From positions 235,522-299,521 of the forward strand of contig CBDCUJ010000001.1 of assembly GCA_965222595.1 (NCBI GenBank): 64,000 bases of DNA. Direction: 5' to 3'. The notes under the pieces were generated by a model. That model searched no databases. It was not told where the DNA came from and worked only from the letters and a program-made list of their open reading frames with translations. Made by a program: the position numbers and the translations under genes. Source of the DNA: Dehalococcoidia bacterium. GTDB taxonomy: Bacteria; Chloroflexota; Dehalococcoidia; Lucifugimonadales; UBA3495. This document shows positions 1 through 8,853 of this stretch, piece after piece; the first letter of the stretch is position 1, and the number at the start of each line of letters is the position of its first letter.

Positions 1-655
1 GCCGCAGATGGTCCAGCGTCCGGCCCGGAGTGCCGATGACGACTTGGGCCCCGTTCCTCAACGCCGCATATTCCGGCTTCAGAGGCCGCCCACCATACAG
101 CAGCGTCACGCGGATTTGCTGCGGGGAAGCCAAGGCTTGGATGACTCCGGCCACTTGCATGGCCAGTTCCCGGGTGGGAACCAGCACAACGGCCTGGACT
201 TGCCGGACCAACGGGTCGCACATCTCCGCCAAAGGCACTGCGAATGCCAGCGTTTTACCGGAGCCGGTACGCGCCTGGCCGATCAGGTCGCGTCCCGCCA
301 AGAGTTGAGGGATAGCTTTCTCCTGAATGGGGGTGAGCCTGGATATGTTCATCCGGGAAATCGCTGTTTTGGTGGCCGGGTTCACGGACATCGCGGAAAA
401 TGTGGCATCGCCGGTCAGTGTGCTGTCAACGGCTTGCTCATTTACAGTACGCGGACGGATGGACTGGACCAAGTCGGCATCGGCCGCCGGGGAAGCCCCT
501 TGGCGGCGGGCCTTGAAGCACGAGCGGCAATACACCGGCTTGCCCTGGGTTGGCCGGAAAGGGAGGGTGGCCGACATATTGCAGTCATCGCAAACGGCCT
601 GGTATGGGGTGCGGTTGGACGGGCGCGGACGCGCGGACGGATATGCAAGAGCCAT
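1..655 (-). CDS. DEAD-box ATP-dependent RNA helicase, N-terminal part (continues beyond window start), with N-terminal CxxC-x17-CxxC zinc ribbon
   Basis: Own minus-strand translation from ATG at 653-655: MALAYPSARPRPSNRTPYQAVCDDCNMSATLPFRPTQGKPVYCRSCF..., then Q motif LTPIQEKAIP, motif I ARTGSGKT, Ia PTRELA, Ib GTPGR. Absent from the ORF track because it is open at the window edge. Confidence 0.85.
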   Translation of the reverse strand, partial: MALAYPSARPRPSNRTPYQAVCDDCNMSATLPFRPTQGKPVYCRSCFKARRQGASPAADADLVQSIRPRTVNEQAVDSTLTGDATFSAMSVNPATKTAISRMNISRLTPIQEKAIPQLLAGRDLIGQARTGSGKTLAFAVPLAEMCDPLVRQVQAVVLVPTRELAMQVAGVIQALASPQQIRVTLLYGGRPLKPEYAALRNGAQVVIGTPGRTLDHLR

Positions 656-827
656 ACGAGAACGGACTCCCTAAATTAGAGTGAAAACACAGGTGAATCA
701 GCGGGGTGAACAAGAAGAGAGGGAGAGAGGGGCCGGTCCGTTCTTGTGTCAAACCTTGGTGCGCTAATTAAGCGTGCCACTATATTATAGCCCAGCGTGA
801 CGGAAACCGAAACCCAGGGAGCACTCC

Positions 828-2704
828 CCACATCCACCACCTAAAGGGAGAAAAAGACCTCGTTGGAGCCAACAGTGAAGCTGGTTATGATGGTAAGTGA
901 TCAAACAAAACCATCACCAACGAGGTGTGACTATTATGGCCCAGGGAGCATTGCCTTTCCAATATGCCGAAGAGCAGCAAGAAGCGGGGATGACCGGCGT
1001 CTCCGGTCTGGCGGCGTACCTGGACCTGTGGGAGGTTGCCGGTATGAGCCAGTCGGTGCGGCGTCATCTGGGAGGTAACGAAAGACGGCAGGGTTGGACC
1101 GGGGCCCAGGTGGTGACATCGCTGGTGCTGCTGAACCTGGCGGCCGGGCAATGTGTGGAAGACCTGCGGCTGCTGGAGAAGGACCAGGGTTTGGGGCGGC
1201 TGTTGCGTCTTTCGGAGACTCACGGGATGGGCCGGAGGGAGCGTAAAGGGTTGCTGGAGAGGTGGCGCAAGGAGCGTCGGCGGAGTGTGCCGTCGGCCTC
1301 GGCGGTGTTCCGGCGCCTGGCGGAGTTCCACGCTGAGGCCGAAGAGGGCAGAAGAGAGGCCCGCACCGCCTTCATACCGGCGCCCACCGCCGGACTCCAA
1401 GCCCTGCGCCGGGTCAACGCCGACCTGGTTGGCTTCGTCCAAAGCCATACCCACCATAAGCAGGCGACCCTGGACATGGATGCGACCTTGATCGAGACCG
1501 GCAAGGAGCAGGCCTTGTATTGCTACCAGAAGTACAAGGCGTATCAGCCGTTCACCACCTATTGGGCGGAAGCTGACCTGGTAGTGCGCACCGAGTTCCG
1601 GGACGGCAACGTTCCGGCGGGCTACCAGCAACTTAGGATGCTCCAGGAGTCGTTGGAGGATCTGCCTTCCGGAGTGGAGGGGGCGCTGGTGCGCTCGGAC
1701 ACGGCGGGCTATCAGAAGGAGTTCCTGCGCTACTGCGCCGAGGGCCAAAACGAACGCTTCGGGGTGATTGAGTTCGCCGTGGGGGTGGATGTGACGGCGG
1801 AGTTCCGGCGAGGGGTGTCAGAGGTTGCAGAGGATGAGTGGCAGGTACTGCATCGGGAGGCTGGTGAGCGCCGGGTGGACACCGGCCAACAGTGGGCTGA
1901 GGTGAACTACGTGCCCAACTGGATAGGCCACTCCTGGAACAGCCCGGAGTACCGCTTCATCGCTATCAGGGAGCCCCTCAGGAATCCGCCTCTGCCGGGT
2001 ATGGAGAGCCGGTTGGATCTGCCCCCCAGCATGGCGATGGGGGCGAGGGGCTGGTACAAGGTCTTCGGAATAGTAACCAACCGGGACCTTGACCCGGAGG
2101 AGTTGATCTGGTGGTCTAGGCAGCGGTGCGGCAAGGGTGAGGAGGTGCATAGCGTGCTGAAGGAAGACTTGGCGGGCGGGCGGCTGCCTTCGGGATTGTT
2201 CGGGGCCAACGCCGCTTGGTGGGCCATAACGGCGTTGGCCTTCAACCTGAACTCGGCGATGAAGCGGTTGGCCCTGGGCCAAGAGTGGGTGAGCAAGCGG
2301 CTGAAGGCAGTCCGGTTCGGGGTCATCAACATTGCGGGACGAGTGGTGCGCCACGCCAGGACTCTGGTCATCCGTTTGGCGCAAGGCCATCCTTCATATG
2401 AGTTGCTGGTCACCGCACGCCGGAGAATCCTGGCGATGGCTCACGGACCGCCCGGACGCTAGCGCCGGTTTCCCCCATCACCCGTTCCCCCATCACCCGT
2501 GAAGGCGACTCACCCCAGTCGTCCAGAATGTCCCTATGCCGTCCTCAGCCGGAGAGCGGCCCGAACTGGGGTGTCAACGCTGCAATACCCAGCGCCACGA
2601 CCAACCCACGGGCTTTTCAACCCCTCCAACTCTCACCTGACCAGTCCGAGTGTACCCTCTGCCGCCATCCAACGCCCCCGACGCTCTTTAGGTGGTGGAT
2701 TTGG
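828..2704 (+). mobile_element. IS1380-family-like insertion sequence (copy 1)
   Basis: Terminal inverted repeats CCACATCCACCACCTAAAG (828-846) and CTTTAGGTGGTGGATTTGG (2686-2704), 18/19 complementary. Flanked by a 7-bp direct repeat GCACTCC (821-827 and 2705-2711). Encloses one DDE transposase ORF. Confidence 0.7.
936..2462 (+). CDS. IS1380-family DDE transposase
   Basis: Track ORF 897..2462. ATG at 936 is preferred because GAGGTG lies 8 nt upstream. IS1380-like motifs: LDMDATLIETGKEQALYCYQKYKAYQP, YRFIAIREP, GEEVHSVLKEDLAGGRLPSGLFGANAAWWAITALAFNL. Confidence 0.8.
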   Translation: MAQGALPFQYAEEQQEAGMTGVSGLAAYLDLWEVAGMSQSVRRHLGGNERRQGWTGAQVVTSLVLLNLAAGQCVEDLRLLEKDQGLGRLLRLSETHGMGRRERKGLLERWRKERRRSVPSASAVFRRLAEFHAEAEEGRREARTAFIPAPTAGLQALRRVNADLVGFVQSHTHHKQATLDMDATLIETGKEQALYCYQKYKAYQPFTTYWAEADLVVRTEFRDGNVPAGYQQLRMLQESLEDLPSGVEGALVRSDTAGYQKEFLRYCAEGQNERFGVIEFAVGVDVTAEFRRGVSEVAEDEWQVLHREAGERRVDTGQQWAEVNYVPNWIGHSWNSPEYRFIAIREPLRNPPLPGMESRLDLPPSMAMGARGWYKVFGIVTNRDLDPEELIWWSRQRCGKGEEVHSVLKEDLAGGRLPSGLFGANAAWWAITALAFNLNSAMKRLALGQEWVSKRLKAVRFGVINIAGRVVRHARTLVIRLAQGHPSYELLVTARRRILAMAHGPPGR

Positions 2705-2712
2705 GCACTCCT

Positions 2713-2858
2713 GTAACTGTTCAGACTTGATGAGTGTCCCTTCCCCCCGGCGCACTGGGGGGAAGGTTAGGAAGGGGGGAGGTAGGCGTTGGAACTCCCC
2801 CACCCTAACCCTCCCCCGTCCGCAGAGGAGGGGACACTCATCTACTCTGAACAGTTAC
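2713..2858. mobile_element. MITE-like element (copy A) with GTAACTGTTCAGA termini
   Basis: 13-bp terminal inverted repeats GTAACTGTTCAGA (2713-2725) / TCTGAACAGTTAC (2846-2858). 8-bp direct repeat GCACTCCT at 2705-2712 and 2859-2866. The interior holds two head-to-head copies of the C-rich/G-rich hairpin + GGTTAGG core. Confidence 0.75.
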
Positions 2859-2928
2859 GCACTCCTCCCTCCATTGCTTTCCGCTTGGCCACGCTTTTTA
2901 AAAGGCCCTGCTTCCACCGGCACCCCAA

Positions 2929-2957
2929 TTGACGCACCCCTCCACCGTTGCTAGACT
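2929..2957 (+). promoter_or_regulatory. Candidate sigma70-like promoter upstream of the interrupted VOC gene
   Basis: TTGACG (2929-2934), 17-nt spacer, TAGACT (2952-2957), about 90 nt upstream of ATG 3044. Sequence pattern only. Confidence 0.25.
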
Positions 2958-3043
2958 GGCCCGCCACCCACCAAGAATGTGGCCAGCGGATGCCGCAACG
3001 GCGTCCGCAAGACAAACTTCATAGAAAGTAGTGCGCTGCCGCA

Positions 3044-3094
3044 ATGAAGATCCATCACCTGCTCGCATATCTGCAGGTCAATAATGCCGCTAAG
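3044..3094 (+). pseudogene. 5' fragment (17 codons) of a VOC/PhnB-like glyoxalase-family gene split by IS insertion
   Basis: ATG at 3044 gives MKIHHLLAYLQVNNAAK and ends exactly at the left IS boundary. It joins in frame to AIEFYTSVFGA... at 4812. Confidence 0.75.
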
Positions 3095-4806
3095 CCCGAA
3101 TCCACCGAAGGGATGAGGTTACAGCAGCGTAATGGGCGATGAGGGGCAAGTGGAGGTGATGATCCGGGCACGATTTCGGGTAGAGGGGGCCGGTGGCTGT
3201 ATTCAGTCGCCGCGGGGAGACCTTGTGACCGTCTGCGGACGTTGGGCAGGGTGAGATGGTGGGGAGAGGACGCAGCGAGAGACCCACGCGGACCGGGCTG
3301 GCGCGAGTTGGCGGGGACGTTCGGTTGTCCGTTGGGTGGCTCAGGCACCGACGTTGCCGTCAGGCAGGGAGTGGAATCGCTCGCAATCGAGCGAGGGCGC
3401 GGCTGAACTGGGTTTCCCAGGGCCAATGCTTGGGAAGATGCAAAGTGAGGCGGCGCGCCGAGCGGGTGAGCCGTCCCGCCAGAGCGAAGAACCGTCGCCG
3501 GAGGGTCTTGGTGGTCACCACCTGCTCGCCCAGACCGATCCGCGCTGTCCAACGGGCCAGGTTGTGGGCCATCACCTGTATCGCCAGCCAGGCGGCGTTG
3601 GCGGCGAAGCGGCCCGACGGAAGATGATTCAACCCCACGCCGTACTTCAGGTCTCGAATGGCGTTCTCTATCTCGGCATGGCGACGGTGGTCGGCCTCCA
3701 GTTCGAGCATCTCCCCGTCCCGGTCGGTGATGAAGCCGTGATAGCTGTAGGTAGCGAAGAGGGCCAGTTGGGAACCGGGCGTGGGCTTCACCCGCCGGAC
3801 GATGAGCCGCACCGGTGCGGCGCCGGGCTCAGTCCGGAAGGGGACGTAGGTGGTCTCCGCTACATCGGCGGCGCCGTCCATCCAGTATGGGATGGGCCTC
3901 CAGTCCGCCTCGGGTATGGCCTCGATCAGATTGCGCAGGCTCTGGCGCTGGCGGACGGTGATGGAGAAGCGGACCTTCGTCTTGCGACAGACGGTCACGA
4001 CGGCATGGGTATAGAAGCCGCTGTCGGCCCGCACCGTGAGTTGTCCTTTGGCACCGGCGTAGCGTACCCGCCCCACCGTCTCCCGCAGGAAGTGGGCGGC
4101 GCCCCGAACGGTGTTGGCCCGGCCCTCCCGCAGCCGGGACATCAGCACGTCGCCGGTTCCGGCAGCGATGGCCAACAGCGGGTGATAGCCCCGCTTGCCG
4201 GTATAGCCGTGGTGACGCGCGCCCTCCTTGGCCAGACCGTAGGTCTCGCAGATGGTGGAATCGAGGTCTATGGTGAACGGCGCGTCGCCGGGTCCCGCCC
4301 CAGCGGCCCAGGCCCGCGCCAGCAGCTCCCGGCTCACCCGGTCCAGTTGACGGACGTGGCCCCACCGGAAGCTACGCAGGAAAGTGCCCAGGGTGGATGG
4401 CGCCTTCACCGTGCCGCCCAGGGTGCGGGCTGTCGCCCCGGTGCGCAACGCATCAGCGTCGTCAATGCAGTCGCCGCCCGCCAGTGCAGACGCAACCAGG
4501 GTCATCATCTTGTCGCCGGTGTTGGCCCGCCCCGGAGCGCTGCCGAGATCAAGGTGATAGTCTACGAGTTCCCCCAGCCCCAGGTGTTGGGCGAGGGTGG
4601 CCGGCAGGAGCAGGCCGGCATTGGCCACCAGGCGGTGATCGTCAAAGACGATTTGGATCCGGTCGGGGTGGTTGCGTGGTAGCATCTATTGGGTGCTCCT
4701 TTTCCGGGGTCGGTTTTTTGTTGCAAAACCATTATCCCAGAAGCACAGGAGCACCTTCTTGCCACTTCAGAACACTGACCTGACGCCCTCCTTCGGTGGA
4801 TTCGGG
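3095..4806 (-). mobile_element. IS1380-family insertion sequence (copy 2)
   Basis: Perfect 17-bp terminal inverted repeats CCCGAATCCACCGAAGG (3095-3111) / CCTTCGGTGGATTCGGG (4790-4806). 5-bp target duplication CTAAG (3090-3094 and 4807-4811). 1712 bp with one transposase ORF. Confidence 0.85.
3360..4685 (-). CDS. IS1380-family DDE transposase
   Basis: 441-aa ORF with FTIDLDSTICETYGLAKEGARHHGYTGKRGYHPLLA, LIVRRVKPTPGSQLALF, HRRHAEIENAIRDLKYGVGLNHLPSGRFAANAAWLAIQVMAHNLARW. Confidence 0.9.
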   Translation of the reverse strand: MLPRNHPDRIQIVFDDHRLVANAGLLLPATLAQHLGLGELVDYHLDLGSAPGRANTGDKMMTLVASALAGGDCIDDADALRTGATARTLGGTVKAPSTLGTFLRSFRWGHVRQLDRVSRELLARAWAAGAGPGDAPFTIDLDSTICETYGLAKEGARHHGYTGKRGYHPLLAIAAGTGDVLMSRLREGRANTVRGAAHFLRETVGRVRYAGAKGQLTVRADSGFYTHAVVTVCRKTKVRFSITVRQRQSLRNLIEAIPEADWRPIPYWMDGAADVAETTYVPFRTEPGAAPVRLIVRRVKPTPGSQLALFATYSYHGFITDRDGEMLELEADHRRHAEIENAIRDLKYGVGLNHLPSGRFAANAAWLAIQVMAHNLARWTARIGLGEQVVTTKTLRRRFFALAGRLTRSARRLTLHLPKHWPWETQFSRALARLRAIPLPA

Positions 4807-4811
4807 CTAAG

Positions 4812-5210
4812 GCGATCGAGTTCTATACGTCGGTTTTCGGGGCCACTGAGAAGTTTCGACTGACGGACCCCAACGGGCGCATTGGGCACGCCGTGCTCGA
4901 TTTCGGCGGTACGACGCTCATGCTCGCTGAAGAGTTCCCTGAATACGGCATCCTGGGACCGCTGACGTTGGGCGGCACCACGGTCACGATGCACCTGCAA
5001 GTCGACGATGCCGACGCGGTGATTCGTCGCGCGGCCGAGGCTGGCGCCGAGATCGAGAGCGAACCGGAGGACCAGTTCTACGGCGAACGGTCGGGCTGGT
5101 TTCGTGACCCTTCCGGCCATCGCTGGAACGTCGCCCATTTTCTCCACGAGGTTACGCCGGAGGAAATGCAGCGGCGTTTCACAGCGATGATGACAAGCAC
5201 GGCCAGCTGA
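4812..5210 (+). pseudogene. 3' fragment of the IS-split VOC/PhnB-like gene
   Basis: In-frame AIEFYTSVFGATEKFRLTDPNGRIGHAVLDFGGTTLMLAEEFPE...DQFYGERSGWFRDPSGHRWNV (track ORF 4893..5210 is its tail). Typical VOC/PhnB pattern. It lacks its own start because the IS separates it from 3044-3094. Confidence 0.8.
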
Positions 5211-5382
5211 CTCGACCAACTCGTCTCCAAGTCCCCTATCCCGTCCCTCCTGCCCACCAACTGGGCAAAATCAAGAATCTTCGTATTGCGGTTCATGTGT
5301 GGCCCTCACAGGGGTGGGCTGCCAGCCCTGTGAGGGCTCCGATGCGCCGCGTGGCAGGCCAATCCAGCCAGCGTCGCGGTTT

Positions 5383-6138
5383 CTACTCAGGGGACTTGAA
5401 GAGCGCTATGCGGTTGCCAGCGATGTCATAGAAGATGGCAATGGAGCCGAATCCTCCGGGAATCTCCATGGGTTGCATGAGGGCGGCGCCGCCCAGGCTC
5501 ACGGCCTTGTCGAGATACGCTTGGAGGTCGTTGACAATAACGGCGACGGAAGGATGGTTGGGGGGCATGCCCTCCATGTGCTGGAAGATGCCGCCGCCAA
5601 TCCCTCCAGATTCCTGTTGGATGAACCGGTAGTTGGCCTCCTCGTGATGGTCGATTTGCCAGTCGAACATCCCGGTGTAGAACTCAACGAGCGCCGCGGC
5701 GTCGCTGCCTCCAACCTCGAAGTGCGCCACCGGTGGACCGTCCCCCTTTGGGGGCATCTGTCCGTCCCATTCCGGCGGTGGTGCATACAACCCTATGGTG
5801 TTGCCGGCAGGGTCCCCGAACAAAGCGATGGAGCCCATGCCGGGCGCTATCTCCATCGGTGGCATGATGGCGTTCCCGCCCATATTTGCCACCTTATCCA
5901 GCGCCGCTTGAAGTTGGTCAACCTGCACATAGAAGGTGACATAGCTGCGCGCCGGCATATCCTCGGTTGTAGGCAACAAGCCTCCACCGATGCCGCCCTC
6001 ATTTGCCGGCACTATACCGTAGTTGCCCATCTCTTCGCCCTGAACGTCAATCTTCCATCCGAACAGGTCGCTATAGAACTGATTCAAGGCTGGCCCATCC
6101 GGGCCGGCAATTTCAAAGTGCACTACCGGGTTCCCCAT
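5383..6138 (-). CDS. Two-domain VOC (glyoxalase/bleomycin resistance/dioxygenase) family protein
   Basis: 251 aa with an internal duplication: VVHFEIAGPD...FGWKI...GGIGGG...MEIAPGMGSIALFGDPAGN and VAHFEVGGSD...FDWQI...GGIGGG...MEIPGGFGSIAIFYDIAGN. Confidence 0.8.
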   Translation of the reverse strand: MGNPVVHFEIAGPDGPALNQFYSDLFGWKIDVQGEEMGNYGIVPANEGGIGGGLLPTTEDMPARSYVTFYVQVDQLQAALDKVANMGGNAIMPPMEIAPGMGSIALFGDPAGNTIGLYAPPPEWDGQMPPKGDGPPVAHFEVGGSDAAALVEFYTGMFDWQIDHHEEANYRFIQQESGGIGGGIFQHMEGMPPNHPSVAVIVNDLQAYLDKAVSLGGAALMQPMEIPGGFGSIAIFYDIAGNRIALFKSPE

Positions 6139-6271
6139 TGTTTACCCCCTTCAGGGTTAAAGAATTTCGCTCGGTCACAGCGTATTGCTGGATTCTACGA
6201 CGTGTCAATTTTGTTTACTGGCGAATTGACTCGGTGTTGTTGCTGATGAGGCAGGAAAGCGCCGCCGCCCT

Positions 6272-7102
6272 TTACCTCCAGTCGTAGCCAGGTCTCCAGC
6301 CCAGCATTTGCTGCGCCTTTTCCGTACTGATTACGCTGGCAGTGCCGCTCAGCCCTTCCCGTATCTCCACCCGGTCGCCAAAGTTGTTTTTGACGATGTC
6401 AATCGTGGGCTCTTCGAAACGGCTGGAAGGCTGGGCGATCATAAACGCTTCATACTCTTCTATCTCCGCATCCAGCGCCAATACGTGGGCCTCGGCCACG
6501 TCCCTGGCATCGGCGTAGGCCCACATCACCAGCGTCAAGGGTTCCTCCGGTGTAGGGGCCGGCCAAGGGAACTCCGCCTGGACTTCCGGAAACGCCACAT
6601 TGGTAAACCGCAGGCTGACGACCGTCGTGCCTGAATTGCGGGCGATCATTCTGCCTATGTCCTCTCCGACCTGCTTGGTAAGGCCGTAGGGCTCGAAGGG
6701 CATCATGGGATGTTCCTCGTCCAATGGCAGGTACAGCGGCACGAAAGCATTCCCGTCGTGGGCCCACCCCATACCGAAGGCGCTGGACGAGAACACCACG
6801 CGACGCAGTCCCAACTCCGCTGCCGACATCATGACGTTGAAGTCGGCAGCCACGTTGTTTTCGAAAATGAACCTTGGCTCTGCCCGCAGCGGCCCGGGGA
6901 TGGCTCCCATGTGAACGACGGCTTCCGCTTCCTTGAGAATGCCTTCCACTGCCTTCCGGTCCATGAGATTGCAACGCACAAACTCCGCTGGAAGGTCATC
7001 GGCAGCCACCTGGTCTGTCGCCAGGACTTCTTTGTTCTGTTCCGCCAGCAACTGCACCACCCGGCGTCCCAGCCTTCCTGCCGCTCCGGTTACTACTATC
7101 AT
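6272..7102 (-). CDS. NAD-dependent epimerase/dehydratase (extended SDR) family protein
   Basis: N-terminal Rossmann motif MIVVTGAAGRLGRRVV. GGAGGA RBS upstream. 276 aa. Confidence 0.75.
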   Translation of the reverse strand: MIVVTGAAGRLGRRVVQLLAEQNKEVLATDQVAADDLPAEFVRCNLMDRKAVEGILKEAEAVVHMGAIPGPLRAEPRFIFENNVAADFNVMMSAAELGLRRVVFSSSAFGMGWAHDGNAFVPLYLPLDEEHPMMPFEPYGLTKQVGEDIGRMIARNSGTTVVSLRFTNVAFPEVQAEFPWPAPTPEEPLTLVMWAYADARDVAEAHVLALDAEIEEYEAFMIAQPSSRFEEPTIDIVKNNFGDRVEIREGLSGTASVISTEKAQQMLGWRPGYDWR

Positions 7103-7298
7103 TTTTCCTCCGGCATCTTTTCCTCCGGCTACTTCCCTCGGGTTCGTGGTCGATGCGAGAGATTCTGAGCCAGTTTCATAAGGGGCTCCGCATCCCTATA
7201 CTCGACATGTCGCCGCCTCTTCGGCGGCGGCCCGACTATAGCCCGATACTACCACGCCTGCTGTGGGCAAACACTGACAATCTTCCGGAGGATAATTG

Positions 7299-8657
7299 AT
7301 GCCTGATTTAGACGACCTGCTGGACCAAGTTGATGAAATGCGCGACGAGATTGTGGCGCTGGAGCGGGACATGGTCCGCATTCCCACGGTCAACACCGGC
7401 TTCATGCCCACTGGCAACGAGACGGAGCTGTGCCGGTACATCGAGAAATGGCTGGCCGAAGACGGCGTGGCCTGCGAGATTATCGAGTCCGCTCCGGACC
7501 GGGGCAACCTGATCGCGCGGCTGGAAGGCAGTTCGGGAAAGGCCGGGCTCATGTTCATGTCCCACTTGGACGTGGTGCCGGTGGAAGAGGAGGAGAAGTG
7601 GCGGTTTCCTCCTTTCAGCGCCACGGTGGCCGATGGCCGGGTCTTTGGTCGCGGCGCGTCGGACTGCAAGGCCCTGCTCACCTGCCAATTAGTCGCCTTG
7701 CGAATTCTCAAGCGGAACGGCGTCGAACTCAAAGACAGCCTGATTCTGGCCTCCTGCGCCGACGAGGAGCATGGCGGCCGCTACGGGTTTGGCTGGATGG
7801 CCGATAACCACCCGGAGAAGCTGGCGGCTCCTCTGGCCGTGAACGAGGGCGGCGGAGTTCCCATCGAAGCGGCAGGGAACCTCACCTATCTGCTGGGAGT
7901 TGGGGAGAAGGGGCGCTTGCAGTTGGAGATTGAGGTCCGGGGCTCCAGCGCCCATGCGTCAACTCCGTGGCAGGGCACAAACGCCCTGTTCGGCCTGTCG
8001 GAAGTCGTGAAGCGGATTGAAGCCTACGAGCCGGAGCGGGACACTTCCACCAGCTTGTTCCAGCACCTGTCGGTTTTCGCCATCGAAGACAGGCCGTCGG
8101 CAGCAAACATCGACCAGATTGTCGCGGACACCGAGGATGGGAACCCCCGGTTCGCCTCAATTATGCGAGCGCTATCGCGGATGACCATCACTCCCACGAT
8201 GATTCAGGGCGGCATCAAGTCCAACAGCGTTCCCGAGTCGGTCCGCCTGACCTGCGATGTCCGTACGCTGCCCCATCAGGACGAAGCCTACGTCCGGCAG
8301 GAGTTGGAAAAGATACTCGAGGGGATTCCGGGGGTGGAGATTGACATCGATTACATGTCGATTCCCAACTCCTCTCCCTTCGAAACGGACTTTGCCCAGC
8401 GAATCCAGATCAGCACCGCCAAGGCCTTTGACCGGGACGACATCCAGTGGGTCCCCTCGCTGAGCACCGGGTTTACCGACTCCCGCTTCACCCGCAACCT
8501 GGGGACCACCACCTACGGCATGGTCGGCTCCCATCCCGACGACGACCCAATGATCGCGAATGTCCACGGAACCGACGAATCGGTGGGAATCCAGAGCCTG
8601 ATGAGCGGCACACGAATCATGCTGGCGCTGGCCTACGACATCCTGGCCGTAAAGTAG
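7299..8657 (+). CDS. M20 family metallopeptidase (ArgE/DapE/ACY1/CPG2-like)
   Basis: MSHLDVVPVEEEEKWRFPPF and GRGASDCKA motifs. GGAGGA RBS before ATG 7299 (the track starts 3 nt earlier at TTG). Confidence 0.8.
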   Translation: MPDLDDLLDQVDEMRDEIVALERDMVRIPTVNTGFMPTGNETELCRYIEKWLAEDGVACEIIESAPDRGNLIARLEGSSGKAGLMFMSHLDVVPVEEEEKWRFPPFSATVADGRVFGRGASDCKALLTCQLVALRILKRNGVELKDSLILASCADEEHGGRYGFGWMADNHPEKLAAPLAVNEGGGVPIEAAGNLTYLLGVGEKGRLQLEIEVRGSSAHASTPWQGTNALFGLSEVVKRIEAYEPERDTSTSLFQHLSVFAIEDRPSAANIDQIVADTEDGNPRFASIMRALSRMTITPTMIQGGIKSNSVPESVRLTCDVRTLPHQDEAYVRQELEKILEGIPGVEIDIDYMSIPNSSPFETDFAQRIQISTAKAFDRDDIQWVPSLSTGFTDSRFTRNLGTTTYGMVGSHPDDDPMIANVHGTDESVGIQSLMSGTRIMLALAYDILAVK

Positions 8658-8700
8658 GCGCTGCTGCGCTTGAGTCCTAATCCGGCCAAGAGCAGGGTCA

Positions 8701-8830
8701 TTTAATTGTCCCCTCCCCCAAATGGGGGAGGGTTAGGGTGGGGGCGTCCTCTAACGTGAGCGACCAACGTTATTGCCAGCATTTCACCCTCACCCCAACC
8801 CTCGCCCTCAAGGGAGAGGAAGAATTAAAA
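8701..8830. repeat. Repeat element (copy E): two head-to-head hairpin+GGTTAGG cores bounded by TTTAATT/AATTAAA
   Basis: TTTAATTGTCCCCTCCCCCAAATGGGGGAGGGTTAGGGTGGGGGCG ... CACCCTCACCCCAACCCTCGCCCTCAAGGGAGAGGAAGAATTAAA. Lies between the M20 stop and the cytochrome c start. Confidence 0.6.
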
Positions 8831-8853
8831 GGCCCTGCAGCCAAGAGGACTCG

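Noticed and set aside
2470-2499. Two tandem 15-bp units (TTCCCCCATCACCCG x2) just after the transposase stop in IS copy 1.
   Set aside because: The repeat is real but only two units long and lies inside the IS. It has no independent significance that I can support.
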